This document shows positions 8,412-16,196 of a DNA stretch of 20,000 nucleotides, in pieces. The position numbers and the translations under genes are program-made. This DNA is from an uncultured virus (IMG/VR IMGVR_UViG_3300047295_000025) (Duplodnaviria > Heunggongvirae > Uroviricota > Caudoviricetes > Schitoviridae). Each line of letters begins with the position of its first letter. Within the stretch, counting starts at the first letter, position 1. Under the pieces are notes generated by a model that was not told the DNA's origin, ran no database searches, and saw nothing but the letters and a program-made list of their open reading frames with translations. The stretch is from IMG/VR virus record IMGVR_UViG_3300047295_000025; one strand, given 5' to 3'.

Positions 8412-9391
8412 TGAACGTACTGGTCCTTCTGTTTGCAGCCGAGGAAGGCAGGGCAATAGCCACAGGCCTTCACTTCACCGGGAATGGTCTTGACGATGCC
8501 GACACCCTTTTCAGCTCGGAAGGCGTTGGCCTCCTGAAGAGTGTCGAAGTTCTTGGTGGATCGGCCACCAGCTTTCGCTGTCTCCGGGTCCTTGTAGTAT
8601 TTGAAGGATGGGGACGAGCGCCAAAGCTCTTCATCCGTGCAGTCGGGGAGTTGATCTTCAGGAGCATCCCAGTATTTGACCAGCAGAGCGAGCTTGGCTC
8701 TGATGAACTGCTCGGTAACTTCAGAAGACCACAGAGGAATCGACTTGGTTTCGACTCGCTTCTGCGGATAGTTGGGGTTGGTTTTGGCCTGCATCTTCTG
8801 CCAGTCGGTGAAGATGTAGTTGATGTGGATCTGATCCCCAGTGATGACTGTCGGGTTCAGCCACTTGTAGCAGGAACCCTGCTTGCAGTGATCTTCGTCT
8901 CTGGTTCCAAAGAGCCACGAGTATGCGGAGGTGGATTTGTTGTCGTATACCTCACCATCAGCCACCATGTCGTATTTGCCACCGATGACGAAGGTTCGAC
9001 CTTCGACGGTGATCTCACGATGGGACCGCTGTTCCAGATAGACTGGTATGATGTCCTTGATGGACGCCAGCTGCTGGGGAGTGGGATTGACGATGATGCG
9101 TTCGATGACCTCCTGAGGGTACCCCAGGAGCTTCAGAGACCGATCTGAGCCATGGACCCAAGCCTTCTCGATGCTGTCGTGCAGAGCGTTCCCTAGCGCC
9201 CGGGAGATATAATCCTGAACGTCGGACTTCTGCTCGGAGGGTGGGATCCTTTTGGCAAGAAGGATCTGCTTGAGAGGACGCATCAGCGTCGTCACAGAGA
9301 TGTAGTTCGGGGTGTTGTTGTAGTCGTATTCGTCGTGGAGGAGCCAGACTGCCAAAGGCAGGCTGATCCCCGAGGTGTTGGTTACCCTCAT
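8408..9391 (-). CDS. PD-(D/E)XK family nuclease (Cas4/RecB-like exonuclease, conserved in N4-like phages)
   Basis: LGNALHDSIE, GGKYDMV...VYDNKSTS nuclease motifs and a C-terminal CGYC...C cluster. GGAGGA SD upstream; lies directly before the primase. Confidence 0.8.
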   Translation of the reverse strand: MRVTNTSGISLPLAVWLLHDEYDYNNTPNYISVTTLMRPLKQILLAKRIPPSEQKSDVQDYISRALGNALHDSIEKAWVHGSDRSLKLLGYPQEVIERIIVNPTPQQLASIKDIIPVYLEQRSHREITVEGRTFVIGGKYDMVADGEVYDNKSTSAYSWLFGTRDEDHCKQGSCYKWLNPTVITGDQIHINYIFTDWQKMQAKTNPNYPQKRVETKSIPLWSSEVTEQFIRAKLALLVKYWDAPEDQLPDCTDEELWRSSPSFKYYKDPETAKAGGRSTKNFDTLQEANAFRAEKGVGIVKTIPGEVKACGYCPAFLGCKQKDQYVQ

Positions 9392-9403
9392 GTGGGTCCT
9401 CCG

Positions 9404-9676
9404 CTAGGGTTGGGTTGCTCGATGCTCGCCCATCAGAGCTGCGTAGGCAGCCATGTCTGTGTAGTCGTCTAGTCGGAACGACCCCTGAGAGGCGCGAGCC
9501 ATCTTCAGGAAAAGCATGAAGCCCCAGCCTTGGGCTTCAGTGATGGGATTGTCAGGGAAAGCTGCGTTGAACATGGCCACAGTCTTGGCCATAGCACGCT
9601 CTTTCTCTTGATCTCGTTCGGCGGAACGCTGCTCCATAACATCGGCAGCGTTCCGCAGGATATCGGGTGCGTGCAT
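9404..9676 (-). CDS. DUF6378-like small phage protein
   Basis: Recognisable pattern ILRNAADVMEQR...GWGFMLFLKMAR...DDYTDMAAYAAL. Tight spacing to both neighbours. Confidence 0.7.
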   Translation of the reverse strand: MHAPDILRNAADVMEQRSAERDQEKERAMAKTVAMFNAAFPDNPITEAQGWGFMLFLKMARASQGSFRLDDYTDMAAYAALMGEHRATQP

Positions 9677-9678
9677 GA

Positions 9679-9993
9679 TCAGTTGGCCGTTTGCTCGCCA
9701 GCATCGACACCTTCGAGGAACTCGGAGTTCCTCATGTGGCCGAGATAGCTGATGGAATAGACCATAGCGTCCATCATCTGGGTCTCAGGGTTGCCGACCT
9801 TCTGGGCCAACGTGAGCTGAAGGGTCTGGTTGGCCCGACCGATATCCTTGGCTCGGATGTCGATGGTCTTGGTTCGGAGAACCGCATTGAGATCGACACT
9901 GGTGATGTTGCCGTCGATCATGGCAATCACCTTGCCAGCGATCAGATGGAAATGCTGCTTGGGTTCCAGAGCAGCGACGGTGGATTTGGTCAT
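9679..9993 (-). CDS. Hypothetical protein (~104 aa) of the kind found after DNA polymerase in N4-like phages
   Basis: Start reassigned to ATG 9993 because the upstream extension runs through two hairpins. Ends with ISYLGHMRNSEF and is tightly coupled to the next gene. Confidence 0.65.
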   Translation of the reverse strand: MTKSTVAALEPKQHFHLIAGKVIAMIDGNITSVDLNAVLRTKTIDIRAKDIGRANQTLQLTLAQKVGNPETQMMDAMVYSISYLGHMRNSEFLEGVDAGEQTAN

Positions 9994-10007
9994 GGGGTTC
10001 TCGCACG

Positions 10008-10038
10008 AAAATAGGGGCCAGACCGGATGTCTGACCCC
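10008..10038 (-). terminator. Probable intrinsic terminator at the end of the tail-fibre cassette
   Basis: Minus strand GGGGTCAGAC-ATCCG-GTCTGGCCCC-TATTTT: 10-bp stem with one G·U and a short U-rich tail. Confidence 0.62.
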
Positions 10039-10097
10039 CAAGAAAAGCTGGATTGGGTCTCCCGTGATGAACCACAAGAGACGTGTTGTAGCAAGCC

Positions 10098-10430
10098 TTA
10101 CTCTGCGACGGGCGGGTCGATGAGTTCCGGCACGGGGATCAGAGCCGAAGCTTCCTGAGCGTTGACCATCTGGTCGATATTGTTGGCTTCCTGAAGCAGG
10201 AAAGTCGGGGAGTGCGACAGGACCGTCACGATGTTCAGGGCCTGCTGCTTGCGCTCAGCAGTGAGAAACTCGGCATTGGTGTTGATGGTGCTCATCAGAT
10301 CCGAGAAGTCTATTTTGGCCAGCTCAAAGTTGATGGCTTTAAGCGGTTCGAGTTCGAGTTTGGCGATGGCGAGATTGGCTTCAGCGATCTGAAGTTGCAG
10401 CTCTTGGAGGGTCTTGTTTTGCACGTTCAT
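10098..10430 (-). CDS. Hypothetical coiled-coil protein, 110 aa; possible tail-fibre chaperone/accessory
   Basis: Leucine heptads (LQELQLQIAEANLAIAKLEL). Lies directly downstream of the fibre. AGGA SD spacing fits GTG 10424 as an alternative start. Confidence 0.7.
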   Translation of the reverse strand: MNVQNKTLQELQLQIAEANLAIAKLELEPLKAINFELAKIDFSDLMSTINTNAEFLTAERKQQALNIVTVLSHSPTFLLQEANNIDQMVNAQEASALIPVPELIDPPVAE

Positions 10431-10457
10431 TTCCTGTGTTCAGGGATGGAATTCAGT

Positions 10458-10491
10458 GAGACCGTATGATCGGTCCCTTGGGAGAATGCAA
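10458..10491 (-). promoter_or_regulatory. Possible sigma70-like promoter overlapping a short hairpin
   Basis: TTGCAT-17 nt-CATACG on the minus strand with a poor -10. It overlaps the 7-bp hairpin GGGACCG-ATCATA-CGGTCTC. Confidence 0.2.
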
Positions 10492-10500
10492 TAGTGGGTC

Positions 10501-13500
10501 TTAGGCGTTACCGATCAAGCCCACACCGACAGTGCCGGTTTGAACTTTGCCCGCTCCGTCTGTCGCAGTCCAAGAGAACATAGCTTGTTTTTCTTCACCA
10601 GAGGCGACTGTTGCAGTGAAGGCTGTTGCTGCTGATGTCCCAGCTGTAGCGGTGATGGCGCTGTCTCCGTAGATACGGGTCCAAACATATGTGACAGATC
10701 CAGAAGCATTTGTAGGCGTCAGGGTGACTGTACCTGAGGTCACAGAACCTGCACCAACTCTGGTTCCAACCCGTGAAGTATGGCTGGAAGTCACGGTGAA
10801 GCCAGATGCAAGAGCGGAACCACCCACATACGGAGCCACGTTGGCTCTGTAGAAGTAGGCGTTTGCTCTGCTGTGGTTGCCCCAAGTGACGCTAGACGGA
10901 CCTTCCCACTCGGTGAGCTGTCCATCAGTACCAAATGCAGCACCCCAAGCGATGATCCGTGAGTTAGATCCGGTGGTTGTAACCAGAACATCGACTGCGT
11001 TGTCGAAGGTCGTGTTGTCACCGAACTTGATGTAGTCGGCGTCCAGAAGGATCCGGGTTCCGTAGGTCGAGGACACAAGGCGAAGACGAGCAGTCCCGCC
11101 ACCAGTGTCAGCTACGACCTCGTAGCGAGCCAGAGTGTTCTGGGCGGAAAGGCCTGCAACTGTTGTCTGAGTAACAGAAACACTGGCTGAGAGGGCAGGC
11201 AGAGCAACACCTGCTGCTATTTCTTGCTCGGTTGCGGGCCGGAAGAAGCAAGAATGCCACTCGATGCTGTTTGCAGCAGCTATTGAGCCGTGACCTTCCC
11301 AGTGGGACATGGCGTAAAGAATACCGCGCGTAACTGCCGTGTTGCTGCTCGATTGAACCAGTTTTGAAAACTTGTAGCGCCGCCCCACAGTACCGACACC
11401 TTGAACAACCGAACCAGAAGGCTCGGTTGCAAAGGAGAGGTAGTGTCCATGAATGCCGTTCGCGTCAGCCTGAGCGTCAACATAATAAACACCCGCCCCG
11501 GTGAATGCTCCAGAGTAGAGAGTTACTTCCGCTTCGATTACCAAATAACCACTGGGCCGCACGGAATTGAGCGGCGTCAGTTGATATACGCCAGCGTTCG
11601 ATCCTGGGGGACCAGCCAACCGCATCCCATAACCCGCTGGAACACCAGCAGTGCGAACTGCTGAGCCTCCGTTAATCCAGTCATACCAGTCGTTAGGTAC
11701 TGCTGGAGACGAAGTGTAGTTAGTGAACCTTGGGTTCATAGTAACTGACTGCGTTGCAACAGTGGCGGCAATGGTTGCTGACGAAGAAGCACTTGCAGCT
11801 GAGGCCGAAGCGTTGGACGCCTGTGTGGATGCGGTTGAGGCCGACGATGAGGCGTTACCTGCCGAGACCCCAGCGTTGGTGGCTTGAGTAGCAGCCGAGG
11901 TGGCAGACACACCAGCAGCACCAGCTGACGTAGAGGCGCTAGATGCAGACGTGGCGGCAGCAGTAGCCGATGACAGAGCTGCTTGCGTTTCAGTAATGTC
12001 TTCCCAGTAAAGATAGTTGACCGCTGAAACACAGGGACCGTTGTTGTAGTTTTGAAGGACTAGTAGTTCGATAGATCTGGTGCCGACCGGGAATATTGAC
12101 CAAGTACCTGTGCCTTCACCCGTGATTGGAGCACCCGCTCCGTTCACTAAGCTGTCCCGCTTAACCCAGCCAGTGTTGGCAGGCCAAGCATCTCCGATAA
12201 TCGCGGAGTAGGCATACGAGCCGGGGTTGTGAGAGAGAGCGTTTCCGTTGGCATCGAAGGCTGCAAAGCCGACGTAAAATTGGCTCGAACCAGAACCAGC
12301 ACCAACGTAAACTTCAGTGCTGACTTTATATTTGCGGGTGGTGTCTACTGGAAAGCGTTTTGTAGAACGCCACTGTCCAGCCACGCCAGCCGCCAACGAG
12401 AGGACGTTGGTTCGGCCTCCGAGGCTTGCTGCGGCAGTTGGGGTGGTGCCTCCTGCGTTATACCAACCAGTGAAGCCGTTATCGAAGTCTTGGTTACCGC
12501 CAATCAGTACTGTGTTTGTGAAACTGGAGGCAGCTGAGACAGCACTGGCAGAGGCTGCCGTGGCCGAGTTCCCCGCGTTAGTGGCATGAGTTCCAGCAGT
12601 GGTCGCAGAAGTACCAGCTGCTGTGGCAGAGTTAGCAGCATTGGTTGCTGCGTTATTGGCATTCGTGAAGCTTGAAGCAGCATTAACTGCACTAGTGTTT
12701 GCAGATGTTGCGCTGTTACTGGCGTTGGTAGCCGATGTAGCAGCAGAAGATGCTGAACCAGCAGCTGCTGTAGCAGAGTTGCCTGCGGTAACACTCTCGG
12801 TAATGTCTTCAAGCCAGATGCCGTCCAAGGCACTCGACGCTCCTGCGGTTACTCCGTAGTTCAGGAACGAGAGAAGCTGGATGTTTGTGATCCCCGACGC
12901 AGCGTAAGTCGTGGTCGTGAACGGGGTGGACACGAGGTCGTGCCACTGGTTCGCGGCAAGCGCGACACCCCCGGCCACGTTGTAGATGTGACCGCCGTTG
13001 CCCGTCACAGGCGCGCCCGAGCTATCGAGGACGCGCATCCCGACGTAGGTCAGGGTGGGCGCGACCGCGCCGATCCAGACGGACGAACGGATGCGGTATG
13101 TCCGGCCCGCTTGCACCGGCCAGAGCCTGTTGCTGTAAACAAAGCAGTAGTTCCCGGTCGTCTGCTGAATGACGTTCGGTCGTCCTTGAAACAAAGTCTG
13201 ATAAGAAAGCCATCCCGGAGAGTAGTTGGACGCCGGGATCGTACGGTCGGGGTTCCAAGACCAACCAACTAAACCATCAGAAAAGTCTTGGTTTCCTCCA
13301 GACACAACTGTGTTTGTGTAAGAAGAAGCAGCGTTAACAGCTGAAGTGTTCGCAGCGGTCGCGCTGTTGCCTGCGTTGGTGGCATGAGTGCCAGCAGTAG
13401 TCGCAGAGGTACCGGCAGCAGTGGCCGAGTTGCCAGCATTTGTGGCGTGGGTAGCTGCTGTTGAGGCTGAAGTTGATGCGTTGTTGGCTTGAGTAGTGGC

Positions 13501-15792
13501 TGTGGTAGCCGAGTTTGCAGCATTGGTCGCACTCGTGCCTGCGTTGCCTGCACTCGTGTTGGCATTAGTGGCGCTGGTCGATGCAGCAGTAGCCGATGTC
13601 CCGGCATTTGTTGCCGAGGTAGATGCCGAAGAGGCTGAAGTGGCAGCAGCTGTCGCTGATGCAAGAGCACCAACTTCCGCCGTGGCAGTCTCAATCGTGA
13701 AGTAGTCGATCTCGCAGACCGCCCCGGCCACTGCGTTGTAGTTGTAGAACCAAATCGGCTGAATGAACGCCGTGTTCGCGGGGAAGGTAACGGTTCCGCC
13801 GTGGGGGCTTGCCGGAGCGCCGGGGCCGACCAGAACGGACCTGTCGATCCACCCGGATGCAGCCGAGAAGGTTACTCCGCCGATCAGGGGGTAGTTCCCA
13901 GACCCGTCAGTCGCGGCGAGATTATTCCCTGCTGCGTCGTAGAACAGCATACCCGCGTAAAGAATAACGCTGGTCCCCGTGGCTACCCGACAGCCAATGG
14001 AGATGCGGTAGTTGGCACCGACTTGCACAGGGTACTGAGCGGCACTGACCATCGTGCTGTTCATCCCCGCAGCAGTTCGCAGAACGTGGGTTCTGGGGCT
14101 GACCGTCGCGACGTAGGTCATCAGTCCGTAGTCGTTCCACCCGACCTTGCCTTGGTCGAAGTTGCCGTTGCGCGTGACCTGAATGACGCTGGCGTAGGAG
14201 GATGCCGCGTTCACCGCCGACGTGTTTGCAGCGGTCGCAGAGTTCCCGGCGTTCGTCGCGTGCGTGCCCGCTGTCGTGGCCGAGGTGCCCGCTGCGCTGG
14301 CGCTGTTCCCGGCGTTCGTCGCGTGGGTCGCGGCGGTCGATGCAGACGTAGATGCGTTGTTCGCTTGCGTGGTCGCAGTCGTGGCAGAGTTCGAGGCGTT
14401 GGTTGCAGAGGTGGATGCCGCACCTGCCGAAGTGGCAGCATTGGTGGCCGACGTGCTTGCAGCCGAAGCAGAGCTGGCAGCAGCAGTTTGGCTCGAAGAT
14501 GCAGATGAGGCCGAGGTAGCAGCAGCAGACGCTGCTCCGTTGGCCGTGTCACGGGCACTCTCAGCAGCCACTCTTGCAGTGGCAGCAGCCGTAGCCGAGT
14601 CACCCGCACTGTCTGAGAAAATTTCAGCCTGATCTCGATAAGAGATGGTGGCTGTAAGGGCATCTGCTGCATCTCCCGAGGAAGCGACAGCGATGTCTCG
14701 TGCAGCTTCAGCAGCAACCCTGCTGCTCTCAGCATTGGTTTCACTGATGGCCGAGTTCTCAGCAGAGACGCTGGCAGCACCTGCCGATGTCAGGGCCGAC
14801 GCACGGTGGGACTCAGCAGCTTCGGCGTATTCACCGGCTTCATCTGCCCGAGCGATAACGATGTCTCGGTCGATGATGACAGCAGCAGCAGCGACATCAG
14901 TGTCGTCACGAGCAGCTTCAGCAGCCAGACGAGAGGTTAGTGCTGCCGAGGCGTATTCACCAGCTTCCGTGGATCTGGCGAGGGCTTCTTGAGCAGAGTC
15001 ATAGGACGCCTGCGAGTGGGCAAGGCTGTTCTCTCTAGAAGTCTCAGCGAGAAGATGAGCGTCACGGGCAGCCTGTGCTTCCACACGGCTCTCGTCCATG
15101 TAGGTCTCAGCCGATTGGCTCGAAGCAGCAGAGGCTTCAGAGAAGCCCTGCGCTTGATTTCGCATGGTGACTGAGACGCCTTCGGCAGTCTCAGCACGAG
15201 CAGCAGCACTGTCAGCGTCAGTTGAGCTTTGGGCAGCTTGGTTTCTGTAGGCCAGAGCCTCTCCAGCAGAGGTTTCTGCCTGGGTCTGGAAATCCAGTGA
15301 TGCTTGGGCGTAAGCATTTGCTGAGTCACTATAGGCCTCAGCCTGTCCACGGGCAGTGGATGCAGCAGCGGCGTGATCTGCACTAGCAGTTTCACTGATA
15401 GAGGCCCCAGTCTCAGCAGCTTCAGCTCTGTCAGCAGCCTGTTCAGCAGCGAGCTGTGCAGCCAGAGCCACAGCAGCGTTGGGGCTTTCAGGACCGACGA
15501 GGGTCTCAAGCCACTGAGCCTCGGTTCCTACGAAGCCATTGCGAACGGCAGTGGCGTATGCCGACTCCCCACGGAAGACTTCTCCGAGGACATGAAGGTC
15601 AACGAAGCTTTCGTCATCGTAGCCACCTTCCAAGCTGACCACGCCAAGGTGCTCGCCGCAGGCGAGTTCGACTTGAGTGGGGTCAGCGTTTTCATCGAGA
15701 GGAAGATCAACCCCTTCGTATCGCAGATCGATGAGATCAGCGTCTTCAGGGGCAATGGTCTCAAGGCTCAGCTCTTCAGGACCAGTGCTCAT
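10501..15792 (-). CDS. Long modular tail fibre / receptor-binding protein, ~1,763 aa
   Basis: Start reassigned to ATG 15792 (TAATG overlap with the upstream stop). N-terminal GESAYATAVRNGFVGTEAQWLETLVGP motif is typical of phage tail proteins. It has a long Ala/Ser-rich heptad stalk, four ~170-aa aromatic beta-rich domains opening with NxxF...W, and a Thr/Gly-rich beta C-terminal domain. Confidence 0.85.
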   Translation of the reverse strand: MSTGPEELSLETIAPEDADLIDLRYEGVDLPLDENADPTQVELACGEHLGVVSLEGGYDDESFVDLHVLGEVFRGESAYATAVRNGFVGTEAQWLETLVGPESPNAAVALAAQLAAEQAADRAEAAETGASISETASADHAAAASTARGQAEAYSDSANAYAQASLDFQTQAETSAGEALAYRNQAAQSSTDADSAAARAETAEGVSVTMRNQAQGFSEASAASSQSAETYMDESRVEAQAARDAHLLAETSRENSLAHSQASYDSAQEALARSTEAGEYASAALTSRLAAEAARDDTDVAAAAVIIDRDIVIARADEAGEYAEAAESHRASALTSAGAASVSAENSAISETNAESSRVAAEAARDIAVASSGDAADALTATISYRDQAEIFSDSAGDSATAAATARVAAESARDTANGAASAAATSASSASSSQTAAASSASAASTSATNAATSAGAASTSATNASNSATTATTQANNASTSASTAATHATNAGNSASAAGTSATTAGTHATNAGNSATAANTSAVNAASSYASVIQVTRNGNFDQGKVGWNDYGLMTYVATVSPRTHVLRTAAGMNSTMVSAAQYPVQVGANYRISIGCRVATGTSVILYAGMLFYDAAGNNLAATDGSGNYPLIGGVTFSAASGWIDRSVLVGPGAPASPHGGTVTFPANTAFIQPIWFYNYNAVAGAVCEIDYFTIETATAEVGALASATAAATSASSASTSATNAGTSATAASTSATNANTSAGNAGTSATNAANSATTATTQANNASTSASTAATHATNAGNSATAAGTSATTAGTHATNAGNSATAANTSAVNAASSYTNTVVSGGNQDFSDGLVGWSWNPDRTIPASNYSPGWLSYQTLFQGRPNVIQQTTGNYCFVYSNRLWPVQAGRTYRIRSSVWIGAVAPTLTYVGMRVLDSSGAPVTGNGGHIYNVAGGVALAANQWHDLVSTPFTTTTYAASGITNIQLLSFLNYGVTAGASSALDGIWLEDITESVTAGNSATAAAGSASSAATSATNASNSATSANTSAVNAASSFTNANNAATNAANSATAAGTSATTAGTHATNAGNSATAASASAVSAASSFTNTVLIGGNQDFDNGFTGWYNAGGTTPTAAASLGGRTNVLSLAAGVAGQWRSTKRFPVDTTRKYKVSTEVYVGAGSGSSQFYVGFAAFDANGNALSHNPGSYAYSAIIGDAWPANTGWVKRDSLVNGAGAPITGEGTGTWSIFPVGTRSIELLVLQNYNNGPCVSAVNYLYWEDITETQAALSSATAAATSASSASTSAGAAGVSATSAATQATNAGVSAGNASSSASTASTQASNASASAASASSSATIAATVATQSVTMNPRFTNYTSSPAVPNDWYDWINGGSAVRTAGVPAGYGMRLAGPPGSNAGVYQLTPLNSVRPSGYLVIEAEVTLYSGAFTGAGVYYVDAQADANGIHGHYLSFATEPSGSVVQGVGTVGRRYKFSKLVQSSSNTAVTRGILYAMSHWEGHGSIAAANSIEWHSCFFRPATEQEIAAGVALPALSASVSVTQTTVAGLSAQNTLARYEVVADTGGGTARLRLVSSTYGTRILLDADYIKFGDNTTFDNAVDVLVTTTGSNSRIIAWGAAFGTDGQLTEWEGPSSVTWGNHSRANAYFYRANVAPYVGGSALASGFTVTSSHTSRVGTRVGAGSVTSGTVTLTPTNASGSVTYVWTRIYGDSAITATAGTSAATAFTATVASGEEKQAMFSWTATDGAGKVQTGTVGVGLIGNA
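12520..14409 (-). repeat. Protein-level stalk repeats inside the tail fibre (copies at 14194-14409, 13318-13533, partial copy ~12520-12790)
   Basis: The 72-aa unit SATNA(S/A)NSATTATTQANNASTSASTAATHATNAGNSA(S/T)AAGTSATTAGTHATNAGNSATAANTSAVNAASSY occurs twice, 876 nt apart. The third copy shares NSATAAGTSATTAGTHATNAGNSATAA. Confidence 0.92.
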
Positions 15793-16124
15793 TATTGGGT
15801 AATCCCACGCTTGATGCGGATCTGGGTGGTCTTGGTTCTCACCTTGCGACCGTCTTTTTCGAACATGACATCGAACTCTGCCAAGCCAAGGGGCCATTCA
15901 GCAGTGTCATCTGCGGTCAGAGTGAACGAACGGGCATCGACAGGATCGATCCATTCGAAGGTCAGGTTTGCGAGCAGGCCTCTGGCACTGTCGTCTTCGA
16001 AGCGTCTCAGCTGAGCTGTCGCAGTCCAGTCAGCAAAGTGACCAGCAACGACGTATGTGGGCAGGGCCAGCGTGACGTTGAACGTCGCGCCACGCTTGAA
16101 AGTCTTTGGCTCTACGACCGACAT
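15792..16124 (-). CDS. Small beta-rich virion protein (baseplate/tail-fibre adaptor-like), 110 aa
   Basis: Pattern FKRGATF...WTATAQLR...LTADDTAEWP...FDV is typical of small Ig-like proteins preceding phage fibres. AGGA SD; translationally coupled to the fibre gene. Confidence 0.7.
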   Translation of the reverse strand: MSVVEPKTFKRGATFNVTLALPTYVVAGHFADWTATAQLRRFEDDSARGLLANLTFEWIDPVDARSFTLTADDTAEWPLGLAEFDVMFEKDGRKVRTKTTQIRIKRGITQ

Positions 16125-16141
16125 CTGATTTTCCTGTGATC

Positions 16142-16188
16142 GCTCTGGGGCTGTCTATTGGCAGATACCAACAGACAGCCCCTAAAGC
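16142..16188 (-). promoter_or_regulatory. Long intergenic stem-loop between DNA polymerase and the tail cassette
   Basis: Minus strand GGGGCTGTCTGTTGG-TATCTG-CCAATAGACAGCCCC: 15 bp with one G·U, extended by GCTTT/AGAGC. No U-tract. Confidence 0.6.
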
Positions 16189-16196
16189 TAGGGTAA

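Noticed and set aside
4665..9148. Long + strand ORFs antisense to the replication genes (e.g. 4665-5306, 6579-7304, 8375-9148)
   Set aside because: Shadow frames expected from biased codon usage; no motifs, and they fully overlap well-supported genes.
8408..9391. CRISPR-Cas system suggested by the Cas4-like nuclease
   Set aside because: No repeat-spacer array or other cas genes; the gene occupies the usual N4-like position before the primase.
12520..14409. Diversity-generating retroelement (template/variable repeat pair) or shufflon in the fibre gene
   Set aside because: Differences between copies are synonymous and not adenine-specific, both copies are coding, and the window has no reverse transcriptase, invertase or inverted crossover sites.
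15793..15897. 5' extension of the fibre ORF given in the track (also 8412-8456, 6182-6313, 9994-10077 for other genes)
   Set aside because: The extensions overlap upstream genes or intergenic hairpins. Downstream starts have SD sequences or stop/start overlaps, or avoid the hairpins.
12317..16014. Ala/Val- or Leu-rich ORFs in other frames over the fibre gene
   Set aside because: By-products of the low-complexity Ala/Ser/Thr codons of the stalk.
3493..16196. tRNA genes or N4 vRNAP hairpin promoters in intergenic spacers
   Set aside because: No cloverleaf with T-loop consensus. The hairpins have long stems and loops of 4-10 nt rather than the short stem with 3-nt loop used by vRNAP.
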